A stretch of DNA of 64,000 nucleotides from Octopus sinensis (lineage: Eukaryota), in assembly GCF_006345805.1 (NCBI RefSeq), contig NC_043018.1:19778001-19842000 (forward strand), in the 5' to 3' direction. Made by a program: the position numbers and the translations under genes. Each line of letters begins with the position of its first letter. Position 1 is the first letter of the stretch. The notes beneath the pieces were generated by a model. The model did not search any database, had not been told where the DNA came from, and saw only the letters and a program-made list of their open reading frames with translations. Shown piece after piece: positions 49,612 through 63,319 of this stretch.

Positions 49612-50435
49612 ATTTCATTTCTAGCAGAATTTCAAAGCTTCACTCCTCAGTTATTCTTGTTTTATTCTGTTCAAACTAAAGAACCATCCAAAAAATTTAT
49701 TTTCGGCTAATCCCCGTTCATATCCAACCTTGACCATCCCTGTTGACACTTACTTAAGTCACTATTACACATAAGCAATAGGCTTAAACTATCACGTCTC
49801 TTTTCCAAATTATACCCTGTTATGCCTCCTAAGTCTACCTTCAGGTATTTTATGTTCTAATGAGTATCTTATTGCAGCCTTGTACAGCATGGTTGTTACT
49901 TCAATAAAGGTGATGACGGCTACACCTGTGGCAATGAAGATAGCTAATCCTACCATAGCTGTCATAGTCACCACCATCATCATCATCATCATCATCATTG
50001 TTTTTGTTGTCATCGTCATCATCATCATCATCATCATCATCATGCTCATCGATTGTGTCTCTGTTCTAAGACAGAGAAATATACATGTGTGCATTTCTTG
50101 GTGTGTGTGTGCATTTCTTGGTGTGTGTGTGCATTTGTTGGTGTGTGTGTGCATGTGTTGGTATGTGTGCATGTGTTGGTGTGTGCGTGTGCATGTATAT
50201 GAGTATATATGTGTGTATGTATGTATATCTGTATATATGTATGTGTGTGTGTGCATTGTATGTATGTGTGTATATATATGTATATGTATGTGTGTATATA
50301 TATAAATGTATGTGTATATGTATATATATATGTGTATGTGTGTGTATATATGTATGTGTGTGTATATATATGTATGTGTATATATATGTGTGTGTGTATG
50401 TATGTATGTATATATGTATGTAAATGTGTGTGTGA

Positions 50436-50508
<73 letters not shown>

Positions 50509-50969
50509 TATATATATTTATGTATGTATGTATGTATATATGTATATTAAGTGTATAGTAAAATCTCTCCATTTTACAGCTGCCAAGCAAAAATCTATAA
50601 ACGCTGGACATTTTTGTAATACGACCTTTCCACGATAATAACAAGGGTGTTTCAAATTTAAAGTACTTCCAATATCCATCAAATCTGTCTTTGTCTCTCT
50701 CTCTCTCTCCCTCTCTCTCTCAGACTGGTTGCGTCTCTTTGACTCATTCCAATCTACACTTTTCCTCCTTCCTCCACCTTCCTGGTAATTGATTCCAGTT
50801 CGTGTTGGTTCCGTTCAAAATGGTTTTGCTGTCTAGATCGCTTGTTGCTGCAAAATATAGTCTTAAAATAATTTGCTATGAATGGCTACTTGTTGATGAC
50901 CGACTCAACTCTTGAATCTACTTTTCTGAAACTTCCATTTCCTGTTATTACCATTTAGATGTATATAAA

Positions 50970-51063
<94 letters not shown>

Positions 51064-51446
51064 TATAGACATATATAGATATGTGTGTATGCATATGTAT
51101 ATATGTATGTAAATGTGTGTGTGAATATATATATATATATGTTAACATGTATGCAGGCATATATAAATATATATATTAATATATGAAGACATATATATAT
51201 ATAAACACGTATATTTACACACACATATATATACACTTTTGTAAACCTCCATAGATGTATATATATATATATTTATACACACACACACATATATATGCAT
51301 ATATAGAGATATATATCAGTGTATGTATATATATATAAATGTATACATAGATATATAATGACATGTTCACTTTAGATATATATCGATATATACAGTACAT
51401 TATATATATACACACACACATATATATATATATACATATAAAAATG

Positions 51447-51482
<36 letters not shown>

Positions 51483-52008
51483 ATATATATCTAGATATGT
51501 AAAGACATATATATACACATATAGGCATATGTAAATTTAAATATATATATATATAGATATATATATGGACGTATGTATCATATCTTACACTTCCTGTGTC
51601 TGTGGAATTATTGAGAGTAAATTAACCATTTTTAGTTTGGCCTCTCCGGAATGGTCTCTTAAAGTTAACATCAATTTTATGGTTTCATTTTTTTTCTATT
51701 TCAGTTTTGAATATTTATATATTTTTTGTTTCCAAGAATTTGTTGCTTATTGAAGCATTGACTCCAAATGATGAGATCATTTCCATGCTGTGATTCCATT
51801 CCGTCATAATTTTGCTAAACACTACAGTTCTGATTTTTCTTGATCACTTGAAAAAAAAAATGTTGTCTTTAACTGTTCCAAGAATTTATATTTACCGTTT
51901 TGATTTCAGCTTCTGTGTGATGGCACTGTGTAACACGAGTTTTGCCCTTGGGTAGCAACTGTTGTGACCCCGTTTGCTTACCCCTAGAAAGGATGACAAA
52001 ATTGTTAA

Positions 52009-52413
52009 GGCGCAGGAGTGGCTGTGTGGTAAGTAGCTTGCTTACCAACCACATGGTTCCGGGTTCAGTCCCACTGTGTGGCATCTTGGGCAAGTGTCTT
52101 CTGCTATAGCTTCGGGCCGACCAATGCCTTGTGAGTGGATTTGTTAGACGGAAACTGAAAGAAGCCCATCGTATACATGTATATATATATATGTGTGTGC
52201 ATGTTTGTGTGTCTGTGTTTGTCCCCCTAGCATTGCTTGACAACCGATGCTGGTGTGTTTACATCCCTGTCACTTAGCGGTTCGGCAAAAGAGACGATCA
52301 AATAAGTACTGGGCTTACAAAGAATAAGTCCCGGGGTCGATTTGCTCGACTAAAGGCGGTGCTCCAGCATGGCCGCAGTCAAATGACTGAAACAAGTAAA
52401 AGAGTAAAGAGTA
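52009..52413 (+). mobile_element. full-length, young-looking SINE family A
   Basis: GGCGCAGGAGTGGCTGTGTGGTAAG head, GGGTTCAGTCCC B-box, (AAAAGAGT)n-like tail. Confidence 0.9.
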
Positions 52414-52572
52414 TTTCCTTTGGTCTTTGCTCTTGTTACAGTTATTCAAACCCCAAAGAATCCCTCCCAACATGTGACTACAATGCCCCTCCACTACTCC
52501 TACTCATGATCAATGATGCACATATTGTCAGCCACTAAGGGACATGCTTGAGTGGTTAAGGTCAAGCAACTG

Positions 52573-53420
52573 ACAAGCAAATCTGTGGTATTGAGCAGAA
52601 TATTTGCTATAACGATATTTCTGCTTCAGCAACTCAGCACTGAATCTGAAATGTAATGGAAAAATAGGTCAGTTTCAAAGCATTCATACCAAGGTGACAA
52701 AAGCAAAGTGTGAAGGGAATAGTAGTCATTTCCTTTGATTTCTAAATAGAAGCAAATAGGAAATAACACTTACTAACCAAAGACAACAAGCAAGTCTGTG
52801 GTATTGAGCAGAATATTTGCTATAATGATATTTCTGCTTCAGCAACTCAGCGCTGAATCTGTCTGAAATGTAATGGAAAATAGGTCAGTTTCAAAACATT
52901 GATGTCCAGGTGACAAAAGCAAAGTGTGAAGGGGATAGTAGTCATTTACTTTGATTTCTAAATAGAAGCAAATAGGAAATAACACTTACTGACCAAAGAC
53001 AACAAGCAAATCTGTGGTATTGAGTAGAATATTTACCATAATGATATTTCTGCTTCAGCAATTCTGCGCTGAATCTGTCCGAAATGTAATGGAATATAGG
53101 TCAGTTTCAAAACATTGATGTCCAGGTGACAAAAGCAAAGTGTGAAGGGAATAGTAGTCATTTCCTTTGATTTCTAAATAGAAGCAAATAGGAAATAACA
53201 CTTACTGACCAAAGACAACAAGCAAATCTTTGGTATTGAGCAGAATATTTGCTATAACGATATTTCTGCTTAGGCAAATAAGCACTGAATCTGTCTGAAA
53301 TGTAATGGAAAAATAGGTCAGTTTCAAAACATTGATGTCTGGGTCACAAAAGCAAAGTTTGAAGGGAATAGTAGCCATTGCCTTTGATTTCTTTGATTTC
53401 AAATAGAAAAATAACACTTA
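52573..53420. repeat. ~215-bp tandem repeat, 4 copies
   Basis: ACAAGCAAATCTGTGGTATTGAGCAGAATATTTGC recurs at about 52573, 52787, 53002 and 53218. Confidence 0.9.
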
Positions 53421-53460
53421 ATAATCAAAGGCAAAAACAAATTTTAAATTTGTTACTCAG

Positions 53461-53546
53461 TGTTATGGAAGTACAAATTCTTCATCAAATACACCAATAC
53501 TTCACTGTCCCTCGAGAGTTGTTTCAAAGATATGGTTCTACGTTTG
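53461..53546 (+). CDS. candidate 86-nt exon
   Basis: ttttaaatttgttactcAG|...|GTAAGA; all three frames are open, one reading VMEVQILHQIHQYFTVPRELFQRYGSTF(G). Confidence 0.3.
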
Positions 53547-54299
53547 GTAAGAATATTTCAAATTGCCTCTAAGCCTTTATAATCATTTAGATTAGTCCAC
53601 ATTCAGAATTAATTGGGATTAATTAGGAAGCATTTTATTAATTCAAGTCTTGCAGCATTTTACCATTCTCGTTGTCATCCATGATCTTGGATGTCTTTGA
53701 GTCTTCAGCATCATCTTTCAGTTAACAGCATCATACCATTATGTTTCATGTCTCACTTGTTTCATTTATTGGATTATGGCCATGCTGGGGCATTACCTTA
53801 AAGGGTTTTGTTTTATGAAACCAATCCTGGTACTAACCTTTTTTATGTTTCATTCTTATTCTGTCGGTCTCTTTTGCTGGATTTCTAGGTTATGGGGACA
53901 TAAACAAACCATCACCAGTTGTCAAGTGGTGATAGGGGTCAAACGCAATGACACATACATACATACATGATGGGCTTCCACACAGTTTCTCTCTGCTGGA
54001 TTTTACTTACAAGGCATTATGGGCTTCCACACAGTTTCTCTCTGCTGGACTTTACTTACAAGGCATTAGTTGTCCCAGTGTTATCGTAGAAAACACTTGC
54101 CCAAGGTACCTTGCGGTGGGACTGAACTTGAAACCATGCGATTGCAAGGCCAAAGCACCACCTCACTGTCACGCCATTTGTGAAGTAATTTAAACGAGAT
54201 TTGTCTTAATACAGAGCCCTGTTTTATGCTGCTGTATCCACCATTAGCACAGCCTTTTCTTTCCTTCCTGCTTGCTGGCATAGATATAAAATTTCCTGA

Positions 54300-54480
54300 A
54301 TCTTTAATAAAAATCTCCACTGGTGACCAAATCAATATATCATACGTCCAGTTTGTGACCCGTTTCAGGTATTTCTGTGTCAGTATGTGGTACAAAAACC
54401 ATGCTGCTTCTTCATTAGCAGGCTGTTGCTGACCATATGGCTTAACTGTCTGGTAATTAAACTCCTGCCTTTTACATCGG
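54300..54480 (-). mobile_element. old CR1/L2 reverse-transcriptase fragment
   Basis: QLSHMVSNSLLMKKQHGF, then after a frameshift ETGHKLDV*YIDL, matching the CR1 QHGF and VDVIYLDF motifs. Confidence 0.55.
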
Positions 54481-54822
54481 GCGGCCGTCAAATTCGCTGA
54501 TCAATCATTTTGCACCGAGTTGAATTACATAGTTTGTGTAATTCAACAAACACTCAAAAATCGTCATCCTTCCATAATTATGTTGTTGCTGTTGTTGTTG
54601 TTGTTGTTGTGTGGTCTCAGGCCAGCTCTGATTAAGTAGTTCTATGTATGATCAGAAGCATTCCAACAATGACCATACTACCTGCAGTCTCTCTCTGTAT
54701 TGTGAGTGACCTCATTTGCTCTCTCTCTATTTCTAAGTTTTTTTTTATGTTTTTGCTTAGATTAACCCTTTAACGTTCAGATTTCTTTGCCAAATGCAAA
54801 CCTTATTTATTCACATTATTTA

Positions 54823-54852
54823 TTCATCGTCGTCGTCATCAGCATCATCACC

Positions 54853-54901
<49 letters not shown>

Positions 54902-54909
54902 CCATTGTC

Positions 54910-54964
<55 letters not shown>

Positions 54965-55012
54965 CCATCATCACCATCATCACCCTCATCATCATCATCA
55001 TTGTTATCATTG

Positions 55013-55043
<31 letters not shown>

Positions 55044-55153
55044 TATCATCACCCTCATCATCATCATTGTCATCATTGTCACCATCATCATCATCATCAT
55101 CATCGTCACCACCATCACCATCAGCATCGTCATCATCATCATCATCATCATCA

Positions 55154-55194
<41 letters not shown>

Positions 55195-55431
55195 CCCTCA
55201 TCACCATCATTGTCATCATTGTCATCATCATCATCATCATCATCATCACCACCATCATCACCATCATCATCATCATCATCATCACCACCATCATCATCAC
55301 CATCATCACCATCAGCATCATCACCATCATCATCACCCTCATCATCATCATTGTCATCATTGTCACCATCATCATCACCCTCATCATCATCACCATCATC
55401 ACCCTCATCATCATCATCATTGTTATCATTG

Positions 55432-55462
<31 letters not shown>

Positions 55463-55710
55463 TATCATCATCACCCTCATCATCATCATTGTCATCATTG
55501 TCACCATCATCATCACCCTCATCATCATCACCATCATCACCCTCATCATCATCATCATTGTTATCATTGTCATCATCATCATCATTGTCATCATCATCAT
55601 CATCATAACCATCATCACCCTCATCATCATCATTGTCATCGTCATCATCATCATCAGCATCATCAGCATCAGCATCACCATCACCAACATCATTGTCGTT
55701 GTCATCATTC
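54823..55710. repeat. ~890-bp (CAT)n/(CAC)n tract
   Basis: Direct reading. Confidence 0.95.
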
Positions 55711-57597
55711 TAAAGCCTACTTTTTCCATGCTTGCTCAATTCATTGACACAGGCTTTCTATGGTCGAACACCTTTCCTGTTGTCAGCCAACACCTATTTC
55801 TAGTAAAGCTTATGTTTCCACATGACCGGACATGACTGCAAGGGAGATTGGAAATGAAGGTAACCGTTGCATGCTTCTGATATTTATTTTACAACTGACC
55901 TACTGGATGAAAAAAAAGTGGGGGTGGTGGTACAGAAATCTGCCTTCCAGAACCCAGACATTTTGACCAATGCTTGTGCTCCAGTTTGGCCTGAGCCCAT
56001 TGGCTGAAACTAATTAAACAGCATAATAGAGATACCGTTTCTACATTCCTTAAGTCAAGAATGTTGTAGCTTCGTTAGAATCTTTAATTAACTAAAAGCC
56101 ATATTAATTAAGAAGCAGTATAAGAATTTTCACTAAAATTATTAACCGATTCCTTAATCCTGTTGATCTCAAGAACTCTCTCACGGAACCAGTTTTGAAA
56201 TAATTGAGACAGATTACAGAACTATTTTCATGTGGAATATCAAAGTAGCTGTTAGTTTTGAAGTAGAATTATAATGGGATTGTCATTCTTCCCTACATCA
56301 AACCATTTCCATTTTCCCATTATCCTCCCCCGCCACTGCCTACTATCTCCACCACTCACCTCCTTTCTGTGCCTTCTCTCCTCTGTGTTGTTCTCCATCA
56401 TTAGCACTTCACGTATCTACTATCACTCTCACACTGGACCCTCAGCGTCCTTACACATGTACCTCAATCCCTGTCCCTTGAGGCTTTCCTATATCTCAAT
56501 CCATTTTTGCCTCAATCACCTCTAACCTGCCCACACACCCAGTCCAAACTTCTGTACCACCCCACATATTCCCCCCCCCCAAGAGCATCTCCCAACACAT
56601 CTTCACCATCATCTCTCCTGCTATTGCTCTCTTTATCTTCCTCTCTGTCTCACCCGCTCCTTTTATCTGATTCTTTAACTCACCCTCCTTTCTTTTTCAT
56701 ATTGGAGTATCCATGTATCTACTCTACACCAAGACACCTATCTCTGTCCCCACAATAGCGCTAATCCCTCATCAGCTGCCATAAAGCCACCACCCCCTTT
56801 CTACTACTCCCTCTTCCCAGCTGAGGAAGTCTTTTTCTTGCAAGTTATTTGGTGACCCAGTTGGTGCTGGTGCCTCATAAAAAAGCACCCAGTACAATTT
56901 GTAAAGGGGTTGGCATTAAAAAGGGCATCTAACCCTAGAAACCATGCTAGAACAGACAATGGAGCCTGGTGTGGCCCCTGGCCCTACCAATTCCTATCAA
57001 GCCATCCAACCCATGCTAGCAAGGAAAACGTATGTTAAATGATGATGATGATGATAATGATTTATAATGACTGATGGTGATGATGATGATAACTAGATGT
57101 CTTGGATTAGAAACCAATAGCTTCTTTATTGTTCAGAATAAAATGCCAGGAAGAATGGTATTTTCTCCAATTGGTGTCAGTTTGGTGCATTGACATGTGA
57201 GTGAAGATAAGAATCGGCAAATACAGAGATAGAATTCTTCAAATGTGTGAAGTTATCAGGTGCAAATTCCTTGATTCTGTCAATTTCCTTATAATTTGAA
57301 GAAGATACAAATTCTTTAATTTACCATCTCTATTGTCAAGAACAGCATCAACAGAGCTTTCCATATCCACCATTAGACTTCTAGAGATACAAGATAAGAA
57401 GGTTTCACTAATTGAAAGTTTAAATGAATCCGATATTGAAATTTTGAAGTCATTAACCATTCTTAACTTGTGTGACAAAAAAACACTTCTTTGTCAACTT
57501 ACCTACCTTTTTTTTTTAGTAGAATTTTGCATTTTCTTTTCCTTTTTTTTTTTTTGCATGATTCTTGCTGTGAAATTGTGTTGAAACAGGTGTTGTA

Positions 57598-57900
57598 CAG
57601 TGTGGGGCAGAAAGTACAGATGTTTTTGAAAAATTCACAAAATCATTAATTTTAGCTGCAAACAAATTTTATTGACATCAATGTGTTTCGTATTGAATTA
57701 GCATTTGTCAAAATCAAGTTTGGAAAACAACATCCATCATGTGGTGTCCGTCTTCATTGTTGCATTTCTGAAGGTGTTCTTGGACGTTGGCCACCACTCT
57801 CTCTCCAGCATTGCTCTGTCGATTTGGGCGACTTCCACATGAATAGCTTCCTTCAAATCGTCCAATGTATCAGAGTGCACATAATCAAAGTGACCTCCAC
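57598..57900 (-). mobile_element. Tc1/mariner transposase C-terminus and terminal repeat
   Basis: DTLDDLKEAIHVEVAQIDRAMLE..VANVQEHLQKCNNEDGHHMMDVVFQT*; TA-CAGTGTGGGGC end. Confidence 0.7.
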
Positions 57901-57969
57901 CTCACCGGAAAATTGCTGGCCTTGTGCCAGAATTAAAATGTGCTATTACCATTATGAGTTTTCTTTTTC

Positions 57970-58340
57970 CGACATGGGTCCAGGTTCAGTCACACTGCAT
58001 GGCACCTTGGGCAAGTATCTTCTACTATAGCCTCAGGCCGACTAAAGCCTTGTGAGTGGATTTGGTAGATGGAAACTGAAAGAAGCCCATCGTATGTATG
58101 TATATATATATATATATGTTTGTGTGTGTGTATGTTTGTGTGTCTGTGTTTGTCCCCCCCAACATCGCTTGACAACCGATGCTGGTGTGTTTACATCCCT
58201 GTAACTTAGTGGTTCGGCATAAGATACCAATGGAATAAGTATTAGGCTTACAAAGAATAAGTCCTGGGATCGATTTCTTCAACTAAATGTGGTGCTCCAG
58301 CATGGCCACAGTCAAATGACTAAAACAAGTAAAAGAGTAT
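57970..58340 (+). mobile_element. SINE family A
   Basis: Family motifs. Confidence 0.85.
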
Positions 58341-58439
58341 ATTTCTTGATGCTTCTATTTCTGAGGCATGTGGCTGTAGAAAATCTGTCTCAAACCAATC
58401 CATCTGACCCATGCAAGCATGGGAACATAGATGTTTTCG

Positions 58440-58670
58440 GAAACAAGGATAATCTTTTCTACTCTAGGCACAAGGCCCAAAATTTTTGGGAAGGTGGCGA
58501 GTCAATTAGACCGACTGCAGTATGCAACTGGTACTTAATTTATTGACCCCTAAAGGACGGCAGGCAAAAGTTGACCTTGGCGGAATTTGAACTCAGTACA
58601 CAAAGACAGACGAAATACTTCTAGGCATTTCGCCCAGCATGCTAACGTTTCTGCCATCTTGCCACCTTAA
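58440..58670 (-). mobile_element. SINE family B
   Basis: Family motifs. Confidence 0.8.
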
Positions 58671-58689
58671 ACTGAAATGGTGATGACAT

Positions 58690-58767
58690 TGACCCAGTGT
58701 TTTGTAAAGCCTTAATGACCCAGTGTTTTGTAAAGCCTTAATGACCCAGTGATTTGTAAAGCCTTAA
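58690..58767. repeat. 26-bp tandem triplication
   Basis: TGACCCAGTGTTTTGTAAAGCCTTAA x3, with no spacers. Confidence 0.95.
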
Positions 58768-59924
58768 TAAGTCTAGGATTGTTTTTTCATGTTTTGTTTG
58801 GGCTTCCATAGTTTTTAGCAAAACAACACACAATCCAAAGAAAATTCCCACAGTTCTTGTAACAACAAATGATAAAGCTTTGAAACACATCATTTTAAGC
58901 TTCCAAATTAAAACTTTTCTTCAGACCTACTTTGTGTCGGTGATGAAAGCAAATAAGAGAGCACCACCACAAGTCTACCTAGGATCCAACATTGCAAAGA
59001 ATGCTATGCTGCAGGCATCATATCAAACTTTTGACATGTAAAAGAAAATTACATTCTTTTCTCTGTTCCAAGAATGAGGAAACAACAATGTCAATCCTAA
59101 CGAATCTTGACATGGAATATAATTAACTATTTCTGGGTTGGTAGTCACATGCTGGTCCAGGTGATTGGCGGCTGAATGAATGGGAACTTCTCTGCAACTC
59201 CTGGCCAACACTTATGACTCGGCTTGTTTTCTTTGTTATCTGAATAAGCTACAAGGTTCACTTGTACTCTAAAAGCTGAGGGGAGTCAGCCAGAGAGATG
59301 ACACCCGGCCATCTAGCTGTCAAAAGTGAGTCTTCCTTTGGGCATAAGGAAACATTTGAATTTGCTAACCCCTGCCCCCTCTATGTTATTAGGGAAGATT
59401 TAGTAATTGATTAAAAAGAAAGACAAAACAAAAAAAAAGCAAACTAAGGAACGGTAATGGCGGCGGCAGCGGAGGTGCTGCTGCTGCTGCTGCTACTGGG
59501 TGCAATTTCAGTAAGGAAAAGATATTTTGCTAAGAATGTAGAATGTTAACTCTTTATCTGCCATTCTTTATCTCCTGCTCTTGCCATCAGGAAAAGCCAT
59601 ACATTCACCTCTTCAGCAAGACATTTGTTCTTGTCCCTCCATCATACATTTAACCTTCTTCAATGCTCCTCCCCATTCAAAGATGGTTCTGTCTTGCGAA
59701 TACTTAGGGATTTTCACTAGTGTTGGTACCACAGTAGACCTTGTATATTCTGTAATGTGGTTGGTGTTAGGAAGGGCACCCAGCTGGAGAAACCATGTTA
59801 AGGCAGGCATTGGGGGACTCAGTGCAGTGCTCTGGTTTGACCATTTCTTTCAAACCTTCCAACCGATCCTAGATTAGAAAAGGAATATTAAGGGATGATG
59901 CTGAGGCCATTAAGTAAACAGTGA

Positions 59925-60275
59925 AAGAGCAATGGTGAGAGAAATGTGTGGTGTGAGGACTTGATGAGGATGCTGGGGTTAGAGGAACCGGTGGAACAGC
60001 TGGTAAGGGCAAACGGAGTCCGGTGTTATGGGCATGTGTTGAGGAGGGATGAGGAGGGTGCTAGAGTTTGAGGTAAATGGACATCGAAAGCGAGGTAGAC
60101 CAAAGAAAAGGTGGAGGGGACAGGTGGAGGAGGAGATTGGGAGGGTTGGCTTGAGAAGGGAGGATGGCCAAAACTGGGCAAGATGGCGAGATGGTGTGAG
60201 GGTGGTTGCTATGGCATCGTGGTAGATCCAGCCACCCCTGTTAACAGAGATAAAACCCAGATTTAAAATAATGGA
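59925..60275 (+). mobile_element. RTE LINE 3' fragment
   Basis: RAMVREMCGV...EQLVRANGVRCYGHVLRRDEE...LEFEVNGHRKRGRPKKRW. Confidence 0.8.
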
Positions 60276-60859
60276 TGGTGATGATGAAGGCACGTGACCC
60301 AATAGTTGGAGTGTTGCACTCATGGTCATGAGATCGTGGTTTCAATTCCCAGAGCAGTTGCTCCACTCCACTCAGCTGTAAGTGAGTAACCTTGTGAGTG
60401 ATTGGCATATACGGATAGGATGGTGGTTCAGAAAAATCCCCCAAACAGAAGTCCTGCAGGCCATGTTTTGTGTTGAGCGATCGAAAGGATGACTAGAACA
60501 ACTTGTCCTGCGAACCCCAACTGGTTTGGATTGGCTGCTCAACCACATCGAAGGTGGTGATGATGACGATAATGATGATGACGATAATGACCAACTGTGA
60601 CACTCACACACCTTCAATCACCTGCTCGTCACTTCACCTGATATTGATTTAGCTTTAATATTCCTTTGAAGTACCTTGTTAATAAAACAAACAGTAAGTG
60701 CTAGCACACTTAATGTGACCCAAATAACTTTAATGAATGAAGGCTCTACCTGTATTGAGATGAGGTAAACATTGATGAATAATGATTAACCCAACCAAAC
60801 AAAAACCAGGGAGAATACTAAGAATACAAAAATAAACAACAACAAATGTAGGAGTTGTG

Positions 60860-61220
60860 TTGTGTGGTAAGCAGTTTACTTCCCAGCCACTAGTTACAAG
60901 TTCAATCCCAATGCTTGGCACCCACCTTGGGCAAGTGTCTTCTACTATATATAGCCCTGGGCCAGCCAAAGTCTTATGAGTAGGGGACATAAACACACCA
61001 GTATCGGTTGTCAAGTGATGTTGGGGGGACAAGCACAGACACACAAACACACACAGACACACACATATACATATATACGATGGGCTTCATTTAGTTTCCG
61101 CCTACCAAATCCACTCACAAGGTTTTGGTCAGCCCGAGGCTATAGTAGATGACACTTGCCCAAGGTGCCATGCAGTGGGACTGAACCTGGAACCATGTGG
61201 CTGGTAAGCAAGCTACTTAC
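60860..61220. mobile_element. two oppositely oriented SINE family A copies fused together
   Basis: A + strand head at 60860-60980 joined to a - strand copy at 60985-61220. Confidence 0.7.
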
Positions 61221-61379
61221 GTTTATTTTGTTAGTTTTTATGTCCATTTTTCTATGCTAGCATGGGTTAGGTGAATATATTACTGACCGAGATCTCTGGA
61301 GATATGCTGTGACTGCAATGACCCGGGCTGCTTCCTGCACCAGTTCTGCATAGCCCCTGCCCATTCAAAGTACCTTGGA

Positions 61380-61797
61380 TTTCAGAACAACCCGCTGTGC
61401 TTGAGGAGACCTATTGAGTCAAGTACATGAACATCGAAATAAATATCAATGGAAATAGTAGTTGTGATACCTGTGCCGGTCGCACATAAAAAGCACCATC
61501 CGAATGTAGCCGATGCCAGCGCCGCCTTGACTGGCTTCTGTGCCGGTGGCACGTTAAAAGCACCAACCAATCGTTGCCGCTGCCAGACTCCCCTGGCACC
61601 TGTGCCGGTGGCATGTAAAATGCACCCACTACACTCGCGGAGTGGTTGGCGTTAGGAAGGGCATCCAGCTGTAAAAACACTGCCAGATCAGACTGGAGCC
61701 TGGTGCAGCCTCCTGGCTTCCCAGACCCCGGTCGAACCGTCCAACCCATGCTAGTGCGGAAAACAGACGTTAAACGATGATGATGATGATGATGATG
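61380..61797 (+). mobile_element. long SINE family C copy
   Basis: Three GTGCCGGTGGCACGT(T)AAAAGCACC units, RTE-like tail and (GAT)n. Confidence 0.85.
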
Positions 61798-61964
61798 ACC
61801 TTTTCCTGTTGTTATTCTTCACTTGTCTTTCAAGCATGGAATCCTTTAGTTTACATGTCTTCAAGACACAATTCCCATAGTGTAGGATTTATTTACAGAA
61901 GGAATTATGACAATAATACTGCTTCTTGCTCTTAATTTTCAGAGGAATAAATTACAACCCCCAC

Positions 61965-61997
<33 letters not shown>

Positions 61998-62581
61998 TAT
62001 TCATTTCAGTGGGGCATTAATCAATCACATTATAGATTGCAACATTGTAATGTATCAATCGCTATTTAAACTTCACTGAACTAAATGAATGATTGACTAA
62101 CTTTGTCCATATACACTCGTCTGACCAATGATTAAGGTCAGCCATTTGGCTAAATTAACTAATGTGTCATATTAGTATTAGATACGAATATATTCTGTCT
62201 GTGTGTCTCTCTCTATCTATTTCTCTGTCTGTCTGTATGTCCATCTTTCTGTCCACCTCTCTGCTTGTCTCTCCAGCCTTCTCTCTCTCTGTCTCTGATA
62301 TAACTATGGTATCGCAGACATGTTATTGGTTGAATGGTCAGTGTAACTTGACCAGTTGAAGTTTTGACTGTCCATATTTAGTCACTTTTCCATGAATAAA
62401 GCTATTTGCTGACCACAGTACATGTGGTGCCATGGTCCAAAATATTTGCTGACCTCAGTCCACGTGGCTGTAAATAGGTGTCATTGTAAGAAATGCTCGC
62501 TGGCATTTTTCCTGGCAGTTATTTTACTGAATTCTTCATTATTTTCAAAATGAATTGGAACAAAAGTAGTGCATTCTAACA

Positions 62582-62822
62582 GAAGTTAAGTTAAGTTAAG
62601 TTTTTGGCTCAAGAAGCAAAAAGCAAGGCCATGTAGGGGGACATGGAGTTATGTACAGGGAGGGTGTTCATGCAAAGACTTCAGGTCATTTCTGGTCAAG
62701 AGAGACTTTGAACCGAGCGGTCGTCGGCATCTTCACTATCTCGTCCGGCAGCTTATTCCACGGATCCACAACCCAGACGGAGAAAGCCCCTCTCCTTCGA
62801 CCGAGATGAAATCGTCGCAGAA
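62582..62822 (-). mobile_element. CR1/L2-type LINE 3' end with (TTAAC)n tail
   Basis: Reverse complement of 16960-17180, extending further 5' (RRFHLGRRRGAFSVWVVDPWNKLP). Confidence 0.85.
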
Positions 62823-63319
62823 GTATGGCATAGAATAGTTAAATTGATTGAAATTTAAACCTTCCATCAGAATTTCACCCTAATTTACATCCTAAATACC
62901 AATTTGATATTGACAAGTTGTTGTACTAAATTTTTCTGTATTTTCGGAATTAATTGAAACAACGGTAGTGTATTTTAACAAAAATATGGTTGTGTAGCAA
63001 GTAGCCATTTTTAAATAAGGCGCCAATTTGTGGTAGCTGGCAATATGATGTAATGTCGTATTGCCGAAGAAATATTATTGTCATATTTCCATTGGTTAAT
63101 ATAACTGTTCATATCAGAATACTAAGAGTTACTTAAAGAATATTTGTAATAGATTTTGATTCTTTAAAGTCAAGTCGAGCAGTTATAAAAACCCTGGGTT
63201 TTGGGAAAAACTTGAGTGTTTGTTGGATGTAACTAAACTCCACGACACTCACTCCTTTGAGGCATTGGTGATTTTTCATGCCATGTCCAAGGAAAATCCA
63301 ACAGTTGCAATAGAATTAG

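Noticed and set aside
52009-52080. tRNA-like sequences at SINE heads
   Set aside because: A and B boxes continue into SINE bodies; no complete cloverleaf, so these are not tRNA genes.
54081-54491. 136-aa non-repetitive minus-strand ORF
   Set aside because: The other frames carry CR1 RT motifs and the distal part runs into a SINE, so it is an off-frame reading of decayed repeats.
54787-55747. 273-aa and 317-aa ORFs (poly-Ser, poly-His)
   Set aside because: Translations of a (CAT)n tract; no non-repetitive domain or splice context.
58690-58767. 26-bp triple repeat resembling CRISPR repeats
   Set aside because: No spacers, no cas genes, eukaryotic context.
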